Below are positions 38,945-47,572 of a DNA stretch of 64,000 bases, in pieces. Each line of letters opens with the position of its first letter. Positions within the stretch are counted from its first letter, which is position 1. The notes under the pieces were generated by a model. The model was not told the origin of the DNA. It saw only the letters and a list, made by a program, of their open reading frames with translations, and did not search any database. Made by a program: the position numbers and the translations under genes. The DNA lies in assembly GCA_965204945.1 (NCBI GenBank), contig OZ242022.1:2138369-2202368 (forward strand), written 5' to 3'. Source of the DNA: Limisphaerales bacterium. GTDB lineage: Bacteria; Verrucomicrobiota; Verrucomicrobiia; Limisphaerales; AAA164-E04.

Positions 38945-39706
38945 CTACAAAGTGGCGGCTTGCCGTTGTTTCTTTTTCGTTATACGGCGATGAAAGAAAA
39001 CAAAACCCAAAGCAAACAAGCCAAACACAAGCGCATATTCCTCCGGCTCAGGCACCAAAGCCCTTGGCTCGCCGGACACTACCAAACGCAATCCGCCCGA
39101 ACTCGGAGCCCCCAAAATGCCGGCGGCCACAAAATTCGGGCCGACGTTATAAGTGTAAAAATACTCGCCCGCAGCGGTGAGCGTGAAGTTGCCAATGGAA
39201 TAGGACATAGTGCCTTGCCCGCTCCAAGAAACAGCGTCGCTGGCAGAATAACTCAGCGCCGAAGAGCCGGCCACGCGAATGCCCACATAATCAATGGAAA
39301 GATTGTTGAACAAATAGATGTCGCTGATGGATCGGGTGTTAGTTGCGGTGGCGGATTGGAAGGTGATTTGCGGATTCCAGTCTGAATTGGGATTGGCCGT
39401 CAAGGAATGATAGCCTGCTGTCGCGTAGCGGGAGGGAGCGCTGGCGGTGAGGAATTGCGTGCCGGAGGGAAGGCCTAAGCTATTGGTGTTTCCGGCGAAG
39501 GGACTAAGAAATCCTGTGTTATCGGTTCCTGTGGATCCAGCGGTGGCCGTGGGGATGCTGCCGGTGCTGAAGGGAGTGGAGGAGCCGGAGAAAGTCCAGA
39601 TGGTTGTGTTAGTGTCGCTTTGGAGAGGATTGATGGTGAGGACAAGTTGCGCCTGCCCCTGCTCCCCAGAAGCCAAAGAAAGCGCCGACACTACCAACGC
39701 CACCAA
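38945..39706 (-). CDS. PEP-CTERM sorting-domain surface protein; the annotated part starts at a TTG, and the probable native ATG at 39807 is out of frame
   Basis: C-terminus VPEPEEYALVFGLFALGFVFFHRR (PEP motif, TM helix, basic tail). S/T/G-rich beta-type body. Confidence 0.8.
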   Translation of the reverse strand: MVALVVSALSLASGEQGQAQLVLTINPLQSDTNTTIWTFSGSSTPFSTGSIPTATAGSTGTDNTGFLSPFAGNTNSLGLPSGTQFLTASAPSRYATAGYHSLTANPNSDWNPQITFQSATATNTRSISDIYLFNNLSIDYVGIRVAGSSALSYSASDAVSWSGQGTMSYSIGNFTLTAAGEYFYTYNVGPNFVAAGILGAPSSGGLRLVVSGEPRALVPEPEEYALVFGLFALGFVFFHRRITKKKQRQAATL

Positions 39707-39719
39707 AAGAGACCCATGC

Positions 39720-39782
39720 CCGCTTGCCGCTTGCCGCTTGCCGCTTGCCGCTTGCCGCTTGCCGCTTGCCGCTTGCCGCTTG
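39720..39782 (-). repeat. 9 perfect tandem heptanucleotide units: CAAGCGG on the coding strand, CCGCTTG on the + strand
   Basis: Counted base by base: nine perfect units spanning 39720-39782. Confidence 0.95.
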
Positions 39783-40096
39783 CATATTGTAAGGATAGCT
39801 TTTTCATCACTTCAAACATAAAAATAACTGCTCAATAACCGTTCTCTTGACTTTCCTTAATGAAAGTTTCTTTATTTATAGTCTCTTTTCCGCCTTGAGT
39901 CAACCCTCAAATCCAAAAAAGTGAAAAAGTGAAGAAAATGGAAAAAATTGGTGGGAGGCGAAAGAAATTCGCCCAAAAAGCACGCAATCTCCACTGCTCC
40001 ACTGCGGGAAGGAAGAGAGTTTTCATGGGCAGCGGCTTGCGGTTGGTCGAGTGGAGAGAGGGGAATCATTTTTGGCGGGGCGGGCGCAAACGATGT

Positions 40097-40975
40097 CTAT
40101 CCTACGGACAATGCGGCGGAGGTGATTTCCAACAGCTCGTTGGTAATGCTGGCTTGTCGAAGTTTGTTGTATTCCAAGGTGAGGTCTTTGATTAACTGGT
40201 TGGCGTTGTCCGTGGCGTTCTTCATGGCCACCATGCGGGCGGTGTGTTCACTGGCTTTGCACTCCAGCAGGAGTTGGTAGATTTGGTAGTTCAAGTAGTG
40301 GGGCAATAAGTTGCCAAGCACTTCGCCGGCGGCGGGTTCAAATTGAAACTCTAGGGGGTTTGTTCTGCATTCGATCTCGCTTTTTTCGTCTGTCAGATTT
40401 GTTTCGAGGGCGGCAATCTCGCTTATCGGCAAGAATGGACGCCGTTCGGGACGCTGGTTAAGGGTGGAGATGAAGTTGGTGAACAGCACGTCGACTTGAT
40501 TGACGTCGTCTTTCAGAAACAACTCCGAAGCATATTTGGCGATGGCTCGCGCATCGGCAAATTCAGGCACGTCCTTGCAAGTGAATTCGGCGGAAAGCTC
40601 GCGCCGTGTGCGAGCGACGAATTGCGAGGCTTTTCTTCCTACGGCCACAAATACGGCGGATTCCGCCTCTGCTTTGGCCGCTTCTCGCAGCAGATTGGTG
40701 TTGAGCGCGCCGCACAAGCCTTTGTCCGTGCTAATAACGATCAAGGCGCGCTTTCCCTTTTCTTTTTTCTCGATTAAAGGATGGGTGAAGTCTCCGGCGT
40801 TGGCGGTGACTTCGCTCAGCATTTTATTCATGAGCACAACATAATGGCGCCCGTTTAGGGCGGTTTGCTGGGCGCGCCGCATTTTGGAGGCGGCTACCAT
40901 TTGCATGGCTTTGGTGATTTGCGCCGTGTTTTTGACGGACTTGATGCGCCGCCGAATGTCTCGCGTGCTGGGCAT
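40097..40975 (-). CDS. atpG: F1 ATP synthase gamma subunit
   Basis: MPSTRDIRRRIKSVKNTAQITKAMQMVAASKMRRAQ ... ITNELLEI. Confidence 0.95.
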   Translation of the reverse strand: MPSTRDIRRRIKSVKNTAQITKAMQMVAASKMRRAQQTALNGRHYVVLMNKMLSEVTANAGDFTHPLIEKKEKGKRALIVISTDKGLCGALNTNLLREAAKAEAESAVFVAVGRKASQFVARTRRELSAEFTCKDVPEFADARAIAKYASELFLKDDVNQVDVLFTNFISTLNQRPERRPFLPISEIAALETNLTDEKSEIECRTNPLEFQFEPAAGEVLGNLLPHYLNYQIYQLLLECKASEHTARMVAMKNATDNANQLIKDLTLEYNKLRQASITNELLEITSAALSVG

Positions 40976-40981
40976 GAGAGT

Positions 40982-42517
40982 TTATTGGAAAGTCCGTCCG
41001 AATTCTTCGAGCGCGTCTTTCAAGGCCGCGGCAACTTCGTCGGTCAATTGTTCGCGCTCGGCAATCAAACCCAGCACGTTCCGCTTCCGCGTTTGCAGGT
41101 ATTCGACGAGATTTGCCTGAAAATCCTTGATTTTGTCCACCGCTGCTGAATCCATAAAACCGTGTTGCACAGCGTAAAGAACCGCCACCTGCACTTCCAC
41201 CGGCACGGGGTTGTATTGCGGCTGTTTGAATACTTCGACGATTCGCTTGCCTCGTTCCAGTTGCGCTTGGGTTTTGGCGTCCAGATCGGAGCCAAATTGG
41301 GCAAAGGCCGCTAGCTCGCGAAACTGGGCAAGATCAAGTTTGACGCGGCCGGCCACTTGCTTCATGGCCTTAATCTGCGCGGCGCTGCCTACGCGCGAGA
41401 CGGATAGCCCCACTGAAATCGCCGGCCGAATGCCTTGATAAAACAAGTCGGTTTCCAAGTAAATTTGGCCGTCGGTAATCGAAATCACGTTTGTGGGAAT
41501 ATAGGCCGAGACGTCGCCGGCTTGGGTCTCAATAATCGGCAAAGCCGTCAACGAGCCTCCTCCGTATTTTTCCCCCACTCGGGCAGAGCGTTCCAGCAGG
41601 CGGCTGTGCAGGTAGAACACGTCGCCGGGATAAGCTTCCCGGCCGGAAGGACGCTTGAGAACCAAAGACACTTGGCGGTAGGCGACCGCGTGTTTGGATA
41701 AATCGTCGTAAATAATTAACGCGTCCATGCCGTTGTCCATGAACCACTCGCCCATAGCGCAGCCGGCAAAGGGAGCGAGGTATTGATTGGTGGCCGAGTC
41801 CGACGCCGAAGCGCAAACCACCGTGGTGTAAGGCATGGCGCCGGCGTCCTCCAAAGTGCTGATGACTTGCGCCACGTTGGACTGCTTTTGCCCCACGGCC
41901 ACGTAAATGCAGTGAAGCGGGCGAAAGTCCCGGTCTTCGTTTTCTTCCGCCGCCCGATTCAAACGAGCCTGACTGATAATGGCGTCGATGCAGATGGTTG
42001 TTTTGCCGGTGGAACGGTCGCCAATGATCAACTCGCGCTGTCCGCGCCCAATCGGAATCATCGCGTCCACAGCCATAATGCCGGTTTGCACCGGTTGGGA
42101 GACGGATTGGCGTTTGACAATGCCGGGGGCGATCTTTTCCACTGGATAACTGGCTTCGGCGTCAATCTTCCCCTTGCCGTCTAACGGACGCCCCAAAGCG
42201 TTAACCACTCTGCCCAGCATGGCCTTGCCCACCGGCACTTGCAGGAGCTTCCGGGTGGTTTTGACTTCTTGCCCCTCTCTGATGCCGGTGTAATCGCCCA
42301 GCACAATGGCGCCAACTTCGGTTTCTTCAAGGTTGAGCGCAAGCCCCACCGCGCCTTCGCCAAAGTCAATCATCTCGTTGAGCATCGCGTCCGTCAGGCC
42401 TTCAATTCTGGCGACTCCGTCGCTAATTTCCCGAACCACGCCAACGTTCTCGCGGGCGACTGTTCTTTTGGCGCCGCGAATCTGCGATTCGATTTCCTGC
42501 AATAAACTGCTGCTCAT
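40982..42517 (-). CDS. atpA: F1 ATP synthase alpha subunit
   Basis: GDRSTGKT Walker A, with alpha-subunit colinearity throughout. Confidence 0.95.
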   Translation of the reverse strand: MSSSLLQEIESQIRGAKRTVARENVGVVREISDGVARIEGLTDAMLNEMIDFGEGAVGLALNLEETEVGAIVLGDYTGIREGQEVKTTRKLLQVPVGKAMLGRVVNALGRPLDGKGKIDAEASYPVEKIAPGIVKRQSVSQPVQTGIMAVDAMIPIGRGQRELIIGDRSTGKTTICIDAIISQARLNRAAEENEDRDFRPLHCIYVAVGQKQSNVAQVISTLEDAGAMPYTTVVCASASDSATNQYLAPFAGCAMGEWFMDNGMDALIIYDDLSKHAVAYRQVSLVLKRPSGREAYPGDVFYLHSRLLERSARVGEKYGGGSLTALPIIETQAGDVSAYIPTNVISITDGQIYLETDLFYQGIRPAISVGLSVSRVGSAAQIKAMKQVAGRVKLDLAQFRELAAFAQFGSDLDAKTQAQLERGKRIVEVFKQPQYNPVPVEVQVAVLYAVQHGFMDSAAVDKIKDFQANLVEYLQTRKRNVLGLIAEREQLTDEVAAALKDALEEFGRTFQ

Positions 42518-42556
42518 AGTTGGGTATCAGTAAAACAAATAAGTAAAATAAATCTC

Positions 42557-42958
42557 TCAATCCGCTGCGAACGCGGCGGCCATCTGACTCAAACGGGAAC
42601 GAAGCGAACCATCGTAAACGTCGCTGCCCACTTGAACGCGAAGGCCTCCTATCAACGCCGCATTTTCCAAAAATCCAACGGCCAAACCCGCCCCGTAAAT
42701 CCTCTCAAGTTTCTCAGAAATTTGAATTCGCAACTCTGAAGACAACACGGTTGTGGACTCCACAACGGCCGTTCGTCGCTGCGTTTCCGCTTTCACCAAG
42801 CGCAAAAAGTAACTCAAAACGGCAAAGCAACCCCGCGGTTTCTGCTCCAGAACCTTGCGGACAACCTCACGAACTTTGGCCTCATCCAATCGATCTTCCA
42901 CCAAACAACTCCGAAAGAGCGCCTTCCCGTTTCGCCGCGCCTGTTTGCTGTTCTTCAT
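42557..42958 (-). CDS. atpH: F1 ATP synthase delta (OSCP) subunit, short form
   Basis: C-terminal ..AALIGGLRVQVGSDVYDGSLRSRL is OSCP-like. At 133 aa it is shorter than typical. Confidence 0.75.
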   Translation of the reverse strand: MKNSKQARRNGKALFRSCLVEDRLDEAKVREVVRKVLEQKPRGCFAVLSYFLRLVKAETQRRTAVVESTTVLSSELRIQISEKLERIYGAGLAVGFLENAALIGGLRVQVGSDVYDGSLRSRLSQMAAAFAAD

Positions 42959-43158
42959 CGGCGAAAATTCAGGCAGGGCGCATGCTCAATGCGTTTCCTC
43001 TTCCATTCCTCATCGGCGTCGACATCCACTTCGGGCAGTGTCGTCATCAATGCTTTGAGTGCTTTGATTTCGCTGAGTTTGGGTTCGCACTCAGGCCATT
43101 TCCTAGTGTGTTGGTTGCGCTCTTTTCTCTGGTCGTTATTCATTGGTCGAGTCCCCAT
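42955..43158 (-). CDS. 67-aa charged small protein inside the atp operon
   Basis: Its stop overlaps the atpH start as ATGA (42955-42958). Confidence 0.4.
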   Translation of the reverse strand: MGTRPMNNDQRKERNQHTRKWPECEPKLSEIKALKALMTTLPEVDVDADEEWKRKRIEHAPCLNFRR

Positions 43159-43418
43159 TCTTTTATCTCTAGTTCTCGCATGCGTTGCTTCTCTTTGGTG
43201 GGTAGATTTTCATACCATTCTTTAAGTTCTTTCCGAATTTCTGGGTCGTGTGAGTCCATTGCTTCGTCGTGGATTGCTTTCCATTTCGAGTAGATTTGTT
43301 GTTTGGCTTTCCGTTTCTCTTCCCAATCGATGTAGGTATGGGCGAGTATGGCTCCGATGGGGACGGCGATTGTGGTCGACAAGAAGTGGACAAGTTGTTG
43401 GGTGATTTTGGGGTTCAT
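43140..43418 (-). CDS. 92-aa small membrane protein inside the atp operon
   Basis: TM segment LSTTIAVPIGAILAH followed by a K/E-rich tail. Its start overlaps the upstream stop as ATGA. Confidence 0.5.
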   Translation of the reverse strand: MNPKITQQLVHFLSTTIAVPIGAILAHTYIDWEEKRKAKQQIYSKWKAIHDEAMDSHDPEIRKELKEWYENLPTKEKQRMRELEIKEWGLDQ

Positions 43419-43633
43419 TGGGGTTTCTTAAGTTCTGCGATTTCCTTTCTCAACTCGAAGACTTCTTTGTTTTGGTGGTCGAGTATCCATATTGTGAAAT
43501 TTAACAATTCGGTTCTTTTGTTGATTTCCTCCACTAGTATTTCGTTTTTGCGTTCCTCTATGGATTGCGTGGTGGTGCAGGCAGAGAGGCATGCGATGGC
43601 TAGGATGACGGTTATTTGGATTGCGGTTCTCAT
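43415..43633 (-). CDS. 72-aa putative lipoprotein inside the atp operon
   Basis: Signal plus lipobox ILAIACLSAC, followed by a coiled-coil tail. Confidence 0.55.
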   Translation of the reverse strand: MRTAIQITVILAIACLSACTTTQSIEERKNEILVEEINKRTELLNFTIWILDHQNKEVFELRKEIAELKKPQ

Positions 43634-43762
43634 CGGCGTTCTCCCTTGCTTTTGTGGAGTTTTCTGTCGAGGAAGAGCGATGCGAGTCCATTGAACAGCT
43701 CTTCCGCGCTTTTCCAGTTCTTCCAGTGGATTATCACTCTAGGTTTGTTTGGTAGTTGCGTT

Positions 43763-44335
43763 TCAAGAGAGTTTGGAAGAAACGATCTCGCGATTGGCCT
43801 CTTCGGCCAGACGTTTTTGATCCTCCGCAGTGAGGGCTTTGCCGATGACTTGAGCCGTTGTCTGAACGACTAAGCTGCCGATTTCTTGCTTCAAATCGGC
43901 CAGCATCCGGGCGTGATCCGCGGCGGCGGCCTCGCGGGCTTGGGAAAGAATTTGCTCCGCCTGCGCCATCGCTTTTTGGCTCTCTCTTTCCTGAACTTGC
44001 GCCGCCGCCGTCCGGGCTTCTTCGATCATCTTGTTTGCCTGAACATTGGCGTTTTCCAAAACCCGCTTTCGGGCGGCTTCTGCGCTGACCAGCTCTTGTT
44101 TGATTTTATCGGCGTTGGCCATGCCTTCGGCGATTCGCCGACGCCGTTCCTCCAGCAGGGTCAAAATAGGTTGGTAAGCGTATTTTTTTAGCAACAACGC
44201 TACCACGACAAAGGCAATCAGTTGGGAAAAAAACAACCCCCAAGTGACGCCGAATCGATCCAAAATCTCGACAAGGCCACCCTCACCGCCCGATTCCACC
44301 GCTGCCGCCGCAAAGAAAATGAACGAAGAACTCAT
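43763..44335 (-). CDS. atpF: F0 ATP synthase b subunit
   Basis: Single N-terminal TM helix followed by a long A/E/R/K-rich helix typical of subunit b. Confidence 0.85.
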   Translation of the reverse strand: MSSSFIFFAAAAVESGGEGGLVEILDRFGVTWGLFFSQLIAFVVVALLLKKYAYQPILTLLEERRRRIAEGMANADKIKQELVSAEAARKRVLENANVQANKMIEEARTAAAQVQERESQKAMAQAEQILSQAREAAAADHARMLADLKQEIGSLVVQTTAQVIGKALTAEDQKRLAEEANREIVSSKLS

Positions 44336-44415
44336 ACTTCACAATTCAAAAAAGGCCGAACAAAAAAAGCCTTTGCCCGCCCCAACTTCCACTCATGATT
44401 CAGGCAAGACCTCAA

Positions 44416-44640
44416 TTACCCTCCCAAATTTCCCAAAAAGATTGCAATAAACACAACTCCTTCCGCCAAAGCGGCGAAAATAATGGAGGACACTAAAATC
44501 TTCCCGGACGCATCTGGATTCCGTCCGGTCGCCTCCGCCGCCTTCATCCCTACAAAACCCACGCCAATGGCCGCCCCCAAAGCCGCCAATCCAACGTGAA
44601 TGCTTCCCGATAACTCCGCCAATAAGGACAATTCCGTCAT
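44416..44640 (-). CDS. atpE: F0 ATP synthase c subunit
   Basis: 74-aa hairpin: GLAALGAAIGVG ... RNPD ... ALAEGV (carboxylate Glu). Confidence 0.9.
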   Translation of the reverse strand: MTELSLLAELSGSIHVGLAALGAAIGVGFVGMKAAEATGRNPDASGKILVSSIIFAALAEGVVFIAIFLGNLGG

Positions 44641-44723
44641 TTCCTATACCTTTCTTTCTTTAACTTTACCGAGCGGTTTCCGCTGACATGCACGGTCCAA
44701 CCGCCAAAATTCTTTTCCAATCC

Positions 44724-45629
44724 TCAATCGCCGGAACCATGCGCGTGTTCTTCGCCATCGTGTCGGCAAATCAGCATCGTAAACACAGAAGTTAGCAACG
44801 CAAACACCAACGCCTGAACCAGCCCCACCAACAACTCCAAAAAATAAAACGGCAACGCAAAAAGCCAGCCAAACCAAAAACCGCCCATGTGCAACATCGT
44901 CTCCAAAATGTTCTCCCCGGCAAAAATATTTCCATACAAACGGAACATCAAAGCCAACGGACGCACCAAAATCGACACAATCTCAACCACCCCCACAAAC
45001 AAAAAAATCGCCACTAAAAAAATGCCCAAAAAACTGGCGCCGTGCCCCTTCACCTGAAAAATATGCGCCGCCACGCCGCCCACGCCATTTGCTTGAAACG
45101 CCCACACAATCCAAAACGCAAAAAAGGCCAACGCCATCGCCGCCGTCATGTTCAAATCCGCATTCACCCCGCGCAACAACGGTTCCGTCAAGTGAAACTC
45201 CCCGCCAGAATCCTCGTTTCCCCAGCCAATCGTCCCCACGCCGGGCAACAGCCCAAACCAGTTGGAAAAGAGAATAAAAATGAAAACCGTCGCAAAAAAC
45301 CAAAAAGTCTTCTTCACCAGCTTTGCGCCCAAAATATCCTCAAAAAATCCGTAAAGCGACTCCACCAACCACTCCCAAAAATTCTGCCAACCCGACGGAA
45401 TCAGCTTGGCCTTGCGAACCGCCAACTGCGAAAACAAAATCAACAAGCCGGCCACAACCCAAGTAACCAACATCGAATTCGTCACAACCAGCGGACCCAG
45501 TTCAAACAAACGCACCGCATCCGGCGTCAAACCGTGCCTTGCCCCATCGCCATCCGCTTCCGCTCCCAGCCCCAAAACCGGAAATCCCAGCAGAACGAAA
45601 ACGACAATCCACAATCTCAACGCAAGCAT
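44724..45629 (-). CDS. atpB: F0 ATP synthase a subunit
   Basis: LFSNWFGLLPG and RLYGNIFAGE (essential Arg context). ATG at 45629 is preferred; the ORF is open to 45716. Confidence 0.9.
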   Translation of the reverse strand: MLALRLWIVVFVLLGFPVLGLGAEADGDGARHGLTPDAVRLFELGPLVVTNSMLVTWVVAGLLILFSQLAVRKAKLIPSGWQNFWEWLVESLYGFFEDILGAKLVKKTFWFFATVFIFILFSNWFGLLPGVGTIGWGNEDSGGEFHLTEPLLRGVNADLNMTAAMALAFFAFWIVWAFQANGVGGVAAHIFQVKGHGASFLGIFLVAIFLFVGVVEIVSILVRPLALMFRLYGNIFAGENILETMLHMGGFWFGWLFALPFYFLELLVGLVQALVFALLTSVFTMLICRHDGEEHAHGSGD

Positions 45630-46167
45630 CGCGCGATGTCGACAAACCTTTCGCAAAACAAAAGCCAAGCCGAGAAAAATCGCCTTCCCGGCCAAAGACG
45701 GAAAACACTGCCGCATCGGGAAAACCTTCGCAAGCCTTTTTTAAGATTTTTCCCAAAAATCCATCCCGCCAACATCTTCTCCCGCCTTGCCATTCGCCGC
45801 CGCTATTCTCCGTTGATCTCTTGCCTGCCTCTACCCTTGCCGCGCTTTTAGTCGATTGCGGCAACAATACCCCTCGTCAACGCATCCAATCTCTCCTCAA
45901 AACCCTATCGACCCAAAACCCCCGCAAGCCGCCCGCAAAATACGATTTCATTTCCGAAGTATGGAAAAAGAAAGAAAGGATATTCTCAATTCCTAATTCG
46001 TAATTGAAAATCCATCACTCCCTCGCTCCCGCCTCCCGCAAAATTTTGATAACTTCGTCATAATGTTCCCTTCTATGCTTTGCCGCCACCAATTCGCTAC
46101 CTTCTCCTCTCTTTACAATTCGGCGGCAAAATTTCTATTCTCAAAATTGAGATTTTGGCGAAGTTTC

Positions 46168-46578
46168 TCAAGAAACTGAATTCTTTCGGTTGGCGTAGCG
46201 TTTAGGCTTTACAACGGCAATCCCCGCTTTGCGCAACTTGGCGGAGGCTTCTTCCATTGTGCCGTTTCCCTTGACGCGGTTGCAGTGCGAGCAAAGCAGT
46301 TGTTTGTTGCCAATGCTTTCATCCAAGCCTTTTGACTTTGGCCAGATATGATCCACTTCAAATAAAGCGTAGGGAAGATGCAATCCGCACAAGTTGCAGT
46401 TCCCCTCTTGAACTCCGTAAAGGATTTGCTTGGCGTCTTTGTTGTCAATCGGTTTGCCGCGATCTGATCGGCTGGGATATCCGTGTTTGTCTACTTCCCT
46501 AATGATTGGCTTGCTTCCCACAGGCATTCCCGGTTTGCCCGCGCCGGTCATTCTTTGATTAATCTTTTTGATGGCCAT
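46168..46578 (-). CDS. HNH endonuclease domain protein, currently separated from the upstream methylase by a frameshift
   Basis: CNLCG...EVDHIWPKS...NKQLLCSHCNRVKG. The first ATG is at 46578. Confidence 0.8.
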   Translation of the reverse strand: MAIKKINQRMTGAGKPGMPVGSKPIIREVDKHGYPSRSDRGKPIDNKDAKQILYGVQEGNCNLCGLHLPYALFEVDHIWPKSKGLDESIGNKQLLCSHCNRVKGNGTMEEASAKLRKAGIAVVKPKRYANRKNSVS

Positions 46579-46588
46579 CCTGTCGATG

Positions 46589-47491
46589 TCAATCCCCACC
46601 CATCCCCACCCAATGACGGCTCATAATATCGGACTGAACCAAAGTCGTGGCGCATCCGCAAAACGGATCCAACACAATGTCGCCCGAATTGCTGCTCGCC
46701 TTGATAATCCGCTCCAACAACGCCTGCGGCTTCTGCGTTTTTTGTCCCACTCGTTCTTTTGAGTTAGGGCTAATAATCGGAATGTCCCAAGTACTCCCTA
46801 CAACAAGATGACTGCTTGGCGTCCGCTTGATTGGCTTTCCCGATGCGTCTTTCTTTACCACTGTTTTTCCGTCTTCATCCTTTGCGCTGACATATTGGGA
46901 TGGGTTTGGCGTTAGATTGGGGACAAGAATGGGGTTGATTTTGGTCTTTTTGCTTTTTGCGTAGAACAGGATAGTGTCGTGCAATTTTGGGAAAGATTTC
47001 TTTGATTTGACTGTCCACCGGTTGTAATGCCACACGATTTCATTTCTAAAATTGTCTTTGCCGAAGATGGCGTCCATTAGGAGGCGCAGGTAGGCGTTGG
47101 CGCTAGGGTCGCAGTGCAGGTAAATGCTGCCGGTTTCTTTGAGCAGGCGGCGGCATTCAATCAAACGAGTGGCCATCATGGTCAAGTAGGCCTGCATTCC
47201 TTTGCCGTGAACTTGCCCTGCGGCGCGAGCCACGTCGTAGGCTTTTTGGTTTTGGTGCGCCAGCAAGCCAAACTCCACTTCCCGCAGGTCGTCAAACGTC
47301 CAGAAGTCTTTGAAAGAAGTTCCGCTCAAAGACTGGTATAGCCTTTTGCTGTTGAACGGCGGGTCGAGGTATATCAGGTCAATCGTCCTCGAATTCATCG
47401 CCCGCATTACGTCGAGATTGTCTCCGATGAAGAGCGTTCTATTCTTCCAATTTACCGCTGTAGCAATGACTGCCTTTTCTAAATTACTCAT
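46589..47491 (-). CDS. beta-class N6A/N4C DNA methyltransferase
   Basis: Motif IV LDPPFNS near the N-terminus and motif I VLDPFCGCATT near the C-terminus. Ends abruptly inside the conserved W.GI(D/E) tail. Confidence 0.85.
   Translation of the reverse strand: MSNLEKAVIATAVNWKNRTLFIGDNLDVMRAMNSRTIDLIYLDPPFNSKRLYQSLSGTSFKDFWTFDDLREVEFGLLAHQNQKAYDVARAAGQVHGKGMQAYLTMMATRLIECRRLLKETGSIYLHCDPSANAYLRLLMDAIFGKDNFRNEIVWHYNRWTVKSKKSFPKLHDTILFYAKSKKTKINPILVPNLTPNPSQYVSAKDEDGKTVVKKDASGKPIKRTPSSHLVVGSTWDIPIISPNSKERVGQKTQKPQALLERIIKASSNSGDIVLDPFCGCATTLVQSDIMSRHWVGMGGD
46593..46612 (-). repeat. perfect 10-bp tandem duplication (TCCCCACCCA x2 on the + strand)
   Basis: Read base by base. Removing one copy joins the methylase frame to the HNH frame. 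Confidence 0.95.
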
Positions 47492-47572
47492 CTGTCATAT
47501 TTTCCCAATCGGCGGAGATTTTGAAATGGATCGAATTCCGACTTCGATGGAAGCGACCCTTGCGCTTTTGCC

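Noticed and set aside
39720-39782. Possible CRISPR array or other spaced repeat.
   Set aside because: The unit is 7 nt, perfectly contiguous and without spacers. It is a microsatellite, not a CRISPR array. No CRISPR-like array was seen anywhere in the window.
39620-39838. Plus-strand ORFs translating to ACRLPLAACRLPLA repeats (39447-39821 and 39620-39838).
   Set aside because: They are the antisense reading of the heptamer tract and of the PEP-CTERM gene. They have no start context or domain signal and are explained by the minus-strand gene.
40097-45716. The atp cluster as an N-type (Na+) ATPase operon.
   Set aside because: N-ATPase operons begin with beta and epsilon genes and lack delta. 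This cluster has a delta (OSCP) gene, the F-type order B-E-F-H-A-G, and no atpQ/atpR-like genes.
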